This document shows positions 37,058 to 46,898 of a stretch of DNA of 64,000 bases, one piece after another. The position numbers were made by a program, and so were the translations under genes. Position 1 is the first letter of the stretch, and the number at the start of each line of letters is the position of its first letter. The notes beneath the pieces were generated by a model. That model did no database searches. It had not been told where the DNA came from and saw only the letters and a list, made by a program, of their open reading frames with translations. This DNA is from Gaiellaceae bacterium (lineage in GTDB: Bacteria; Actinomycetota; Thermoleophilia; Gaiellales; Gaiellaceae): contig DASPRN010000087.1 in NCBI GenBank assembly GCA_035624425.1, positions 184-64,183 of the forward strand, in the 5' to 3' direction.

Positions 37058-37104
37058 CGTCTGAAATGACCGGTCGACAGCGTCGCCGCTAGGGGCCGAG
37101 CTCA

Positions 37105-38151
37105 CTAGTTGTCCTCGTAGATCTCCTCGACGAAGCGCGAGAGCTCGTGCGCGGCCGACCGCACCGAGCGGAGCGCCTTCTCGTAGTCCATCCGCACCGG
37201 GCCAAGCAGGGTAACGGCGCCGAGCGTCCGGGTCGTGAGGCCGTAGGAGGCGCCGACGAGGGCGAGGTCGCGCAGCGCCGGATGGTCGAGCTCGGGGCCG
37301 ACGCGCACGAAGGGCCGCCGGGGGTCGAGCGCCTGGCTGACGACCTCGAGCAGCGCGGCGCGCTTCTCCAGCACCTCGACCAGGCGCTGATAGGCGTCGA
37401 GCTCCTCGGCACGGAGATCCTCGAGGAGCCCCGCGGTCCCTCCGACGTAGAGACCTTGCTCCTCGGAGACCAGCGCCTCGGAGAAGAGGGTCGCGACGGT
37501 CTCGAGGAAAGCCTGCTCGCGCACGCCGAGTCCAGGATCTTCGAGCCGGCGGCGGAGCAGGTGGCTACCGAGCTCCAGCCCCTGCACGCGGTCGTTCAGA
37601 TACTGCGCGGCCCAGTTCGCGAGACCCGGATCGACCGGCTCGGGGAAGCGGTAGACCCGCTTCGTAACGCTGCCGGTCGAGGCGATCACGACGACCATCA
37701 CCACCTGGGGCTGCAGGAGCAGGACCTCGACGTGGCGGACCGTCGCCGTGCCCAGCGGCGGGGCCGAGACCAGCGCGAGCAGGCGTGTCACGTCCGAGAG
37801 CATCTCGGTCGTCGCACGCAGGGCTGCGTCCACCTCGCTCCGGGCGGAGCGGAGGTCGAGCGGAAAGCCTTCCGGCTGTGGCTCGAGCTGCTCGAGCAGG
37901 CGGTCCGCGTAGTAGCGGTAGCCACGGTCGGTCGGCACGCGGCCCGCCGACGTGTGCGGGTGCATCAGCAGGCCGAGGGCCTCGAGCTCCGCCAGCTCGC
38001 TGCGCACGGTCGAGGGCGACACGTTCAGGCGCGTCCGCTCGACCAGGGTGCGCGAGCCGACTGGCTGCCCGGTTGCCACGTACTCCTCGACGACGCCGCG
38101 CAGGAGCGCCCGCTGCCGCGGACTGAGATCGATCTCGGCCGGGTCCCACAT
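37105..38151 (-). CDS. hrcA: Heat-inducible transcription repressor HrcA
   Basis: N-terminal winged helix LSPRQRALLRGVVEEYVATGQPVGSRTL; 348 aa. Confidence 0.92.
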   Translation of the reverse strand: MWDPAEIDLSPRQRALLRGVVEEYVATGQPVGSRTLVERTRLNVSPSTVRSELAELEALGLLMHPHTSAGRVPTDRGYRYYADRLLEQLEPQPEGFPLDLRSARSEVDAALRATTEMLSDVTRLLALVSAPPLGTATVRHVEVLLLQPQVVMVVVIASTGSVTKRVYRFPEPVDPGLANWAAQYLNDRVQGLELGSHLLRRRLEDPGLGVREQAFLETVATLFSEALVSEEQGLYVGGTAGLLEDLRAEELDAYQRLVEVLEKRAALLEVVSQALDPRRPFVRVGPELDHPALRDLALVGASYGLTTRTLGAVTLLGPVRMDYEKALRSVRSAAHELSRFVEEIYEDN

Positions 38152-38162
38152 CGTTTGCAGGG

Positions 38163-38168
38163 ATTTTA
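38163..38168 (-). promoter_or_regulatory. -10-like TAAAAT, 11 nt upstream of the hrcA ATG
   Basis: The TAA is the hemW stop codon. Implies a leader of about 4 nt. Confidence 0.45.
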
Positions 38169-39295
38169 GGCCAGGAGCTCCGCCGTGACGCCACCGCCGA
38201 GGAAGCGGCCGCGCTTCGTCAGCGCGAGCGTGTCGCTCGCCGGGTCGCCGCGGCGGACGAGGCCGAGCCGCTCGAGCCGCTCGACGGCCGACCAGTCGAC
38301 TGCCCGGTCGAGCCCGGTACCGAGCGCGAGCGGCTCGTCCAGGCGGAGCCCGAGCAGCACCCGCTCCGACCGCCGGACCGGCGCCGAGAGCTCCTCCACC
38401 TCCCGCGGGGGCGGCGTGCCCGCCGCGAGCGCCGCCAGGTAGGGGCCGAGGCGTGGTTTCGTCCGCCAGCGCCGTCCATGAATTGTCGAGACCGCGCCGA
38501 TGCCGAGGCCCAGGTAGTCGCGGCTCCGCCAGTAGGCGAGGTTGTGGCGCGAGCGCAGGTCGCGCCCGTCCGCGAGCTGCGGCTTCCGGCAGAAGTTCGC
38601 CGTCTCGTACCAGCGGTAGCCGGCTGCCGTCACGCGCGCGACGACGCGCTCGAAGTACGACTCCATCGCCTCGGCCTGGCGCGCGAGCTCGGCGCCGTGC
38701 GCGTGGGTGAAGCGCGTCCCCTGCTTCGCCTCCAGCTCGTAGCAGGAGAGGTGCTCCGGCTCCAGCGCGAGCGCCTCGCTCAGGTCGGCGTCGAGGTCGG
38801 CGGCGCCCTGGCCGGGGATCCCGTAGATGAGATCGAGCGAGATGTTGTCAAAGCCGACATCACGCAGAGCGTAGACGGCGCGCCGGACGTCGGCCGGGCT
38901 CGCGCGGCGCTCGAGCACCGCGAGCAGCCCCGGCTGGAAACTCTGCGCCCCGAGCGACACCCGCGTCACGCCGCTCTCGCGCAGCAGCGCCGCGACCACC
39001 GGCGTGACGGTCTCCGGGTTCGCCTCGACCGTGACCTCCTCGGCCGGCGGCAGGGCGTGCAACAGCCGCCGCAGCTCGCCGGGCGCGGTGAAGGTCGGCG
39101 TCCCGCCGCCGAGGAAGACGCTCTCGAGCCCCGGCGCCAGCACCTCGTGCTCGAGTGAGAGCTCGGCGAGCAGCGCGGTCACGTAGGCCTGGTGCTGACC
39201 GCCCCGCCCGACGACGGTGACGAAGTCGCAGTACCCGCAGCGCGACGCGCAGAACGGCAGGTGCACGTACAGGTGCCGGACCGCCCCGCCGGCGC

Positions 39296-39299
<4 letters not shown>
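38166..39299 (-). CDS. hemW: Radical SAM heme chaperone HemW (HemN-like)
   Basis: [17 protein letters not shown]. Start GTG 39299 overlaps the lepA stop as GTGA. The track extension to 39440 overlaps lepA. Confidence 0.88.
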
Positions 39300-41089
<1,790 letters not shown>

Positions 41090-41091
41090 TG

Positions 41092-41595
41092 CTACTGAGC
41101 GTAGCGGCGTTCCAGCCGCAGCAGCCGGTGCGGGACCCCCTCCTCCTCGATGTCGCCGACGTGCCGGAAGCCCGCCTTTTCGAACGCGCGCCAGGAGCGG
41201 CGATTGGACTCCTCGACAGTGGCGACGCAGGCGCTGGTCTCGGGGCGCGCGAAGACAACCTCCCGCGCGAACGCCCGCAGCACCTCGCGTCCGAGGCCGC
41301 GCCCGACGAGCTCCTCCTCGCCGATCAGCAGGTCGACACCGGCGAGGCCGGGCTCCGCGCCGACGAGCTCCTCCCACTCGGGGCTGTCGGCGACGAGGTA
41401 GGTCTGGATAAGTCCCGCCGGCCTGGCGTCGACGACGATGAGGTACTGGTCGGTGCGGCCCTCCTCGATTCCTTGCCGCCGCTTGTCGATCGCCTCGTCG
41501 ACCGAATCGCGCCACCAGCGGCGGACGTGCTCTCGCCCGAGCCAGCCCCGGACGAGCGGCAGGTCCTCCTCCCGGAGCGGCTGGACCTCGATCAC
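41092..41595 (-). CDS. GNAT-family acetyltransferase (aminoglycoside/siderophore N-acyltransferase-like)
   Basis: 167 aa. [30 protein letters not shown] motif. GTGA overlap with murJ. Confidence 0.7.
   Translation of the reverse strand: MIEVQPLREEDLPLVRGWLGREHVRRWWRDSVDEAIDKRRQGIEEGRTDQYLIVVDARPAGLIQTYLVADSPEWEELVGAEPGLAGVDLLIGEEELVGRGLGREVLRAFAREVVFARPETSACVATVEESNRRSWRAFEKAGFRHVGDIEEEGVPHRLLRLERRYAQ
41098..41103 (-). promoter_or_regulatory. -10-like TACGCT, 8 nt upstream of the lepA ATG
   Basis: TACGCT-CAGTAGCA-ATG, inside the 3' end of the GNAT gene. Confidence 0.4.
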
Positions 41596-43157
41596 GGCTC
41601 GCGTGAGCGCAGCGACAGGAGCGCGTTGAGCTCACGCACGTGGAGCAGCCTGCAGGCCCCGAGGTAGAGCGCGGTCGCGGCGACGAGCGCCGGGAGCAGC
41701 GAGCCGAGCTGCCCGGCGAGCGAGCGGCCGAGCGCGTCGTCGAGTGGCAGCCAGACGAAGTAGGCGAGGGCGGCGACCGCGGAGGCGAGGACGATCCGCC
41801 CGAGGGCGGGCAGAGTCTGGCCGAGGTCGATCCTCCCGAGCCGGCGGCGCAGGAACCAGAGCAGCAGGCCGGCGCCGGCGACGTTCACGAGGCTGGTGGA
41901 GAGCGGAATCCCCCAGACGCCGAAGCCGTAGAACGCCCAGTCGAGCAATGCGTTGAGCCCGAGGTTCACGAGCGCGACGACGGTGGGTATCCAGTTCTCC
42001 TGCAGGCTGAAGAAGCCGCGGTTGAGCATCAGCATCCAGCCGTTGAAGACGAGCCCGCCGGAGAAGGCAGCGAGGGCGCCCGCGGTCACCGGGGTCTGGT
42101 CTGGGCGCCAATGCCCGTGCTGGTAGACGATCCGGATGATCGGCTCGGCGAGCACGGCCGTGACCACGCCGGCGGGGATGAGCAGGAAACCGATCTGGCG
42201 CAGGCCGAGATTGACGCGGTCGCGGAAACCGGCCAGGTCCCCGCGCGCCGCCAGACGCGAGAGCGATGGGAAAAGCACTGTCGCGATCGCGACTGAGAAC
42301 ATGCCCTGCGGGAGCATGTAGAGGCGGAAGGCCTTGTCGATCGCGGTCGGCGCAAGGAGCGGGTCGATCAGGCGCGAGGCGAAGATCGAGTCGACGACGG
42401 CGTTGAAGTTGATCAGCCCGAGTCCGATGGTCACGGGGATCATCAGCCTGAAGACGTTCCGGACAGCGGGGTCGCGCCAGTCGAGCACGAGCTGGAGGCG
42501 CCCGTCCAGGCCACGGAGCCAGGGCACGGGTAAGAGCACCTGGATCAGCGTCCCGACCAGGACCGAGCCGGCGTAGATGTAGAGCTGGGTGTCGACGTTG
42601 TCGGTCCGGGGGACGCCGAGGACGAGGCCCAGGATGATCGCCAGGTTCCAGAACACCGGCGTGATGGCGGGAATCGCGAACTGCTCGTAGCTGTTGAGGA
42701 TCCCGACGATCACGCCCGAGACGCCGAGCAGCGCGACGATCGGGAAGAGGATCCGCGAGAGCGTGATCGCGAGCTCCTTATCGCCTCCGGGGTTTCCGAA
42801 GGGCGCGATGATGAGCGGGGCGAGGAGGATCAGAAGCGCAGTGAGCGCGCCGAGACCGAGGAGCATCAGCCAGAAGAGGCTCGAGGCGACGCGCCAGGCG
42901 CGCTTGCGGTCGCCCTTCTCCAGCAGCTCGCTGAAGACGGGCACGAACGCGGAGGAAAGCGCCTGGTCGGCGACCAGCGAGCGGAAGAGGTTCGGCACCT
43001 GGAAGGCGACCGTGAAGGCGTTGATCTTGCCCTGGGCGCCGAAGTAGTAGGCAGCTACGACCTCGCGGACGAGGCCGAGGATGCGGGAGATGCCGGTGGC
43101 AAGCGAGAAGATCGCCGTCGACCACGCGAGCCGTCGGCCGCGAGGCGGCTCGTCCAC
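41592..43157 (-). CDS. murJ: Lipid II flippase MurJ
   Basis: [35 protein letters not shown]; 14-TM-type profile; GTG start. Confidence 0.9.
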   Translation of the reverse strand: MDEPPRGRRLAWSTAIFSLATGISRILGLVREVVAAYYFGAQGKINAFTVAFQVPNLFRSLVADQALSSAFVPVFSELLEKGDRKRAWRVASSLFWLMLLGLGALTALLILLAPLIIAPFGNPGGDKELAITLSRILFPIVALLGVSGVIVGILNSYEQFAIPAITPVFWNLAIILGLVLGVPRTDNVDTQLYIYAGSVLVGTLIQVLLPVPWLRGLDGRLQLVLDWRDPAVRNVFRLMIPVTIGLGLINFNAVVDSIFASRLIDPLLAPTAIDKAFRLYMLPQGMFSVAIATVLFPSLSRLAARGDLAGFRDRVNLGLRQIGFLLIPAGVVTAVLAEPIIRIVYQHGHWRPDQTPVTAGALAAFSGGLVFNGWMLMLNRGFFSLQENWIPTVVALVNLGLNALLDWAFYGFGVWGIPLSTSLVNVAGAGLLLWFLRRRLGRIDLGQTLPALGRIVLASAVAALAYFVWLPLDDALGRSLAGQLGSLLPALVAATALYLGACRLLHVRELNALLSLRSREP

Positions 43158-43164
43158 GGGGCCG

Positions 43165-43170
43165 AGTATA
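43165..43170 (-). promoter_or_regulatory. -10-like TATACT, 7 nt upstream of the murJ GTG (leaderless)
   Basis: TATACT-CGGCCCC-GTG; no SD. Confidence 0.5.
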
Positions 43171-43282
43171 GGAAGCGACTCAGCCGGTGCCGCGTCGCAA
43201 GAACCGGGGCGGCTTTGCGGGGCGCTGGTACCCGTTGACCTCCTCCCCGCTATGAGCCTATTGGCGGGATACGCACGGGTGG

Positions 43283-43309
43283 GTGACCTGAATGTGCCGA
43301 ATGTGTGCC
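43283..43309 (+). promoter_or_regulatory. Three direct GTGMC sites at exact 11-bp spacing upstream of rpsT
   Basis: GTGACctgaatGTGCCgaatgtGTGCC, starting at 43283, 43294 and 43305. Confidence 0.5.
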
Positions 43310-43389
43310 ACTTGGGGGGCCCGCCGCCGGTGAGCTCGGGGCGGTGGCTGCTACCATCGGCCGGCCCGCTCCGCGGGCTCTTTCACGCT

Positions 43390-43656
43390 ATGCCGAACAT
43401 CAAGCAGCAGAAGAAGCGCGTCCGCACAGCGGCGCAGGAGCGCCTCGAGAACCTGCGCTACGCCTCGACCGTGAAGACGCTCACGCGCCGGTTGCGAACG
43501 GCCGTCGCCGACGGCGATCGCGACCGCGTCGCCGCGGACCACCGCGAGCTCGTGCGCTGGATCGACAAGGCTGCGGCCAACGGCGCCATGCACCGCAACA
43601 CCGCCGCGCGCAAGAAGGCGCAGGCCGCGAAGCTCGTCTCCGGAAGCTCCTCCTAG
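43390..43656 (+). CDS. rpsT: 30S ribosomal protein S20
   Basis: MPNIKQQKKRVRTAAQERLENLRYASTVKT; 88 aa. The upstream part of the track ORF (from 43081) is non-coding. Confidence 0.93.
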   Translation: MPNIKQQKKRVRTAAQERLENLRYASTVKTLTRRLRTAVADGDRDRVAADHRELVRWIDKAAANGAMHRNTAARKKAQAAKLVSGSSS

Positions 43657-43664
43657 CGCAGCGC

Positions 43665-44648
43665 TCAGGCCGTCGCGGCCCCTCGCGCGACGTCGATCAG
43701 CGCCCGGGTGAACTCGAGCTCGCCCGGGAGCTTGCTGCCGCCCTTCAGCGCGTGGTCGAGCCGCGCCAGCCGGACGATCGCCTCGTCGAGCTCGTCCTCG
43801 CTGAAGTTTCCGGCCTGCTCGTAGAGCTTCTGGACGTAGTAGCGGTTTCGCTTCAGCCGCTCGGCCGCCGCGGCCGGCGGAACCCCTTCGGCGTCGAGGC
43901 GACGGCACTCGCGGACGCGCCCGACGTGCGACGTCATCAGGCCGGCCGTCCGCAGGAGAACGTCCCGGGTTGCGTCGCCGGAGCGCTCGATGATCCGCTC
44001 GCTTGCGGCGAGGACACCGGGGACGTCCCTGGCTCCCCACGCGTCCGTCAGGTCGAAGGGCGGGGCTTCGGCGCGGGCCGGTACCAGCGCGGCCACCTCC
44101 CGCTCGCCGATCCGCTCCCCGGCGGCCCAGGTCGCCAGCTTGTCGATCTCGGTTGCGAGCTCGTCGGCGTTCTCGCCGACGAGCTCGACGATCGCCCGGG
44201 CTGCCTCCGGGTCGACGAGCACTCCGCGCTCGCGGAGCTGGGCCTCGACCCAGCGCGGCAAGTCGGCCTTGCGTCCGCGCTTGGGCAGGTCGTAGACGAG
44301 CACCTCGCCCGCCTTCGCGACGGCTTTCGCGAGCGGCGAGTCGCCCTTGACCTCGTCCCCCACAAGCACGAGGACCGACGTCGGCGCCGGGCGTGGGAGG
44401 TACTCGCCGAGAGCCTTCAGGTCGGCGGCTTTCCAGCGCTGGACGTGCTCGATGATCACCAGGCGGCGCTCGACCGCAAAGAGGCCAAGGGCGTTGCAGG
44501 CCGCGACGGCGTCCTCGCCGCTCGCTTCCTGGGCGGAGAGGATCTCCGTCGCGTCGTCGCCGATTCGGTCGCGGAGCCGACGCAGGGCGCGGCCGACCTT
44601 CGGACGATCGGTGCCGGTGATCAGGTAGACCGGAGCGAGCTCTGCCAC
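43665..44648 (-). CDS. holA: DNA polymerase III delta subunit
   Basis: APVYLITGTDRPKV.. N-terminus and gene position after comEC. Start is GTG 44648 or TTG 44657. Confidence 0.75.
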   Translation of the reverse strand: MAELAPVYLITGTDRPKVGRALRRLRDRIGDDATEILSAQEASGEDAVAACNALGLFAVERRLVIIEHVQRWKAADLKALGEYLPRPAPTSVLVLVGDEVKGDSPLAKAVAKAGEVLVYDLPKRGRKADLPRWVEAQLRERGVLVDPEAARAIVELVGENADELATEIDKLATWAAGERIGEREVAALVPARAEAPPFDLTDAWGARDVPGVLAASERIIERSGDATRDVLLRTAGLMTSHVGRVRECRRLDAEGVPPAAAAERLKRNRYYVQKLYEQAGNFSEDELDEAIVRLARLDHALKGGSKLPGELEFTRALIDVARGAATA

Positions 44649-46072
44649 CGCCGCCAAGCATAGGCGGCGCCGAGCGAGGCGAGCAGGACGACGGCCAGCA
44701 GGCCGCGGCCGGAGCGAAGCTGTGCTCCGGGCAGGCCGCCGAAGAACCGGGCGCAGCCGGCCAGATAGGCGGCGCACCAGCCGTTGAGCCAGGCGATCGT
44801 CGCGGCCGCGGGAGGGAAGACGAGCGCCGCAGCGGCGGCGGCGAACGCCAGATAGAGCAGCGGGGCGACGGCGGGCTCCGCGAGCGCGTTCGCCGGCACC
44901 GTCAGCAGCGGCACCGCGTGAAACTGGAGCCAGAGGATCGGAGCGGTCACGAGGCCGCAGGCGGTGGAGACGGCCAGCGCGGCAGCCAGCTTCGCGGGCA
45001 GCGGGTAGCCCTCGAGGCGGGCCAGGAACCGCGGCACGAGCAGGAAGATCGCCGCAACCGCGGCAAACGAGAGCTGGAAGCCGGCGTCGAGCACGTCGTA
45101 CGGGTTCCACGCAAGGAGGGCAAGCGCCGCGAGCAGGAGGAAGTACCAGCGGTCGGCGGATCGTGCGGCAAGCCACGCGAGCGAGCCAAGGGCTCCGACC
45201 ACCCCGGCCCGGACGACGGACGGCTGGGGCCCGACTGCGAGCACGTACCCGCCGATCGCGGTCAACGCCCCGACCTGCCCCAGCCAGCGCGGCAGCCCGA
45301 TCAACCAGGCGAGGGCGAGCGCGCCCGCGGCGACCAACGCCACGTTCTGGCCGGAAACCGCCAGGAGATGGTAGAGGCCCGAAGCGCGGAAGCGGTTGCG
45401 CAGGTTCGCCGAGAGCGCCTGCTCGTCACCGAGAACGACACCCTCGACGACTCCGCGGCGCTCGCCGCTCAGCCTGCTTGCGGTCGATCGCGCGAGCGCG
45501 GCGCGCAGTCGGTCGGCGACGCCCCAGAGGCCGCCCCGGTGTCCGACCAGCTTCCAGCGGTCGGCGCGGAGAACGACGTGAACGCCTTGGTGCCTGAGCC
45601 AGGTGCGCTCGTCGAAGCCGTGCGACGCCGGCCGAGGCAGGCGGACCGTTGTGATCGCCTCGAGCACGGCTCCCTGCGGAGGCGCGCGACCCAGTGGAAG
45701 CTCGAGCAAGACGGGCTCGTGGAAGCGCAGCCGGCCGAAACGCCTCACTTCCGCCGGAAGCCGCAGTTGGAACGGGCTTACGCGTGAAGGTCCGGTCACC
45801 ACCAGTTGTGAGCGCTCTGCCGTGCCCACGCGCGGGAGAAGAACGCTGCGGTCGAGGGCCTCAAGGCGGGCGCTTCCCCACCACCAGCCGGTCAGGACGA
45901 GAGCCGCCGCCAGCAGTGGCGCGCGACGTGACGCGTCGCGCATCGCGGCCGCGAGGAGACTGGCTCCGGCCGCGAGCCCAATGGCCGCCCGCGGCAGGCG
46001 CGCAAGATTCGCCGCAACGATGCCTATGCAGATCGCGGCCGCGTAGACGTGAGGCGAGCGCCAGTCGTTCAC
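44621..46072 (-). CDS. comEC: ComEC/Rec2-family DNA internalisation channel (no beta-lactamase domain)
   Basis: Polytopic, with SGLYHLLAVSGQNVALV. GTG 46072 overlaps the comEA stop as GTGA. The Arg-rich track extension is rejected. Confidence 0.8.
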   Translation of the reverse strand: MNDWRSPHVYAAAICIGIVAANLARLPRAAIGLAAGASLLAAAMRDASRRAPLLAAALVLTGWWWGSARLEALDRSVLLPRVGTAERSQLVVTGPSRVSPFQLRLPAEVRRFGRLRFHEPVLLELPLGRAPPQGAVLEAITTVRLPRPASHGFDERTWLRHQGVHVVLRADRWKLVGHRGGLWGVADRLRAALARSTASRLSGERRGVVEGVVLGDEQALSANLRNRFRASGLYHLLAVSGQNVALVAAGALALAWLIGLPRWLGQVGALTAIGGYVLAVGPQPSVVRAGVVGALGSLAWLAARSADRWYFLLLAALALLAWNPYDVLDAGFQLSFAAVAAIFLLVPRFLARLEGYPLPAKLAAALAVSTACGLVTAPILWLQFHAVPLLTVPANALAEPAVAPLLYLAFAAAAAALVFPPAAATIAWLNGWCAAYLAGCARFFGGLPGAQLRSGRGLLAVVLLASLGAAYAWRRWQSSLRST

Positions 46073-46668
46073 GGGACGACCAGGTCCCGGAGCTGATCCA
46101 GCCGTTTCGGGCCGATTCCCGAGACCGCGTCGAGCTCGTCGACCGAGCTGAAGGCTCCGTGCTTCGTGCGGTAGTCGAGAATCTTCTGGGCCATCACCGG
46201 TCCGATCCCGGGCAAGGTCTCGAGCTGCTCCAGCGTCGCGGTGCTCAGCTGCACGGGAGCGGCGGGCCCTGCGCCGGCGCCGGATGCGCTCGGCGCAATG
46301 GTCGCCCCGGCTGCACCGCGCTTGGGCACGACGACCTGCTCGCCATCGGCCAATGGCGCTGCGAGGTTCACTTGTGCGAGCTCGGCTTTGCCGGTCGCGC
46401 CCCCCGCCTGCGCGACCGCGTCCGCGATCCGCGAGCCCTGCGGCAGCCGGTAGAGACCCGGTTGCCTGACGGCGCCGACGACGTCCACGACGACGCGGGC
46501 GGCCGAAGCCCCGGTCGCGCTCGCGCCGGGAGCCGGCGGCGGGGGGAGCGGGGCCGCCGGCGTGGTCGTTCCCGCCGGCAGCACGTAACGGACCGCGAGC
46601 AGGAGCAGCGCGAGCGCGACCGCGGCGGCGAGGAGGGCGCGCCGCCGCTGGAGGAGGAACTCCGGCAT
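46069..46668 (-). CDS. comEA: ComEA-type DNA receptor (TM anchor, SLBB-like region, tandem helix-hairpin-helix)
   Basis: LETLPGIGPVMAQKILDYR..LDAVSGIGPKRLDQL. Start ATG 46668 precedes the membrane anchor. The 41-codon upstream extension has low GC3. Confidence 0.82.
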   Translation of the reverse strand: MPEFLLQRRRALLAAAVALALLLLAVRYVLPAGTTTPAAPLPPPPAPGASATGASAARVVVDVVGAVRQPGLYRLPQGSRIADAVAQAGGATGKAELAQVNLAAPLADGEQVVVPKRGAAGATIAPSASGAGAGPAAPVQLSTATLEQLETLPGIGPVMAQKILDYRTKHGAFSSVDELDAVSGIGPKRLDQLRDLVVP

Positions 46669-46691
46669 GGCTCGAGGGTGCCCGAGGAGAT

Positions 46692-46751
46692 GTGACGCGT
46701 GGGTGACCTCTTCGTGGCGGAGGTGCCACGAAATCGGCACACAAACGGCAC
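46692..46751. promoter_or_regulatory. 60-bp dyad of six GTGNC sites (three on each strand, 11-bp phasing) upstream of comEA
   Basis: Plus strand: GTGAC 46692, GTGAC 46703, GTGGC 46714. Minus strand: GTGGC 46729, GTGCC 46740, GTGCC 46751. Mirror symmetry about 46721/46722. Confidence 0.55.
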
Positions 46752-46820
46752 ATTCGGGCCGCGGGGAGCGGGTACCGTCCCTAGCCCCCACCCACCCCGG
46801 GGGCGCGCGCGTGAACTAGT

Positions 46821-46862
46821 ACGGAGGCTCGCACGGAGGCTCGCGCCGACACGGAGGCTCGC
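46821..46862. repeat. Tandem 12-mer ACGGAGGCTCGC, three copies (two adjacent, the third after a 6-nt spacer)
   Basis: Copies at 46821, 46833 and 46851, just 3' of leuS. Confidence 0.8.
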
Positions 46863-46898
46863 GCCCGCGGGCGGGTGCTCACGGGCAGCCGGCGGGCC

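Noticed and set aside
36911-38200. CIRCE or HAIR heat-shock operators near hrcA/dnaJ.
   Set aside because: I searched by eye for TTAGCACTC/GAGTGCTAA and CTTGAGT/ACTCAAG and found none in these gaps. The closest, AGTGCTAGC at about 58396, is inside a coding frame and unpaired.
46669-46791. 41-codon N-terminal extension of comEA containing CAVC and several His residues, which looks like a possible zinc motif.
   Set aside because: About 30% of its codons end in A or T, far above the coding norm here. The extension coincides with the phased GTGNC array. ComEA normally begins at its membrane anchor.
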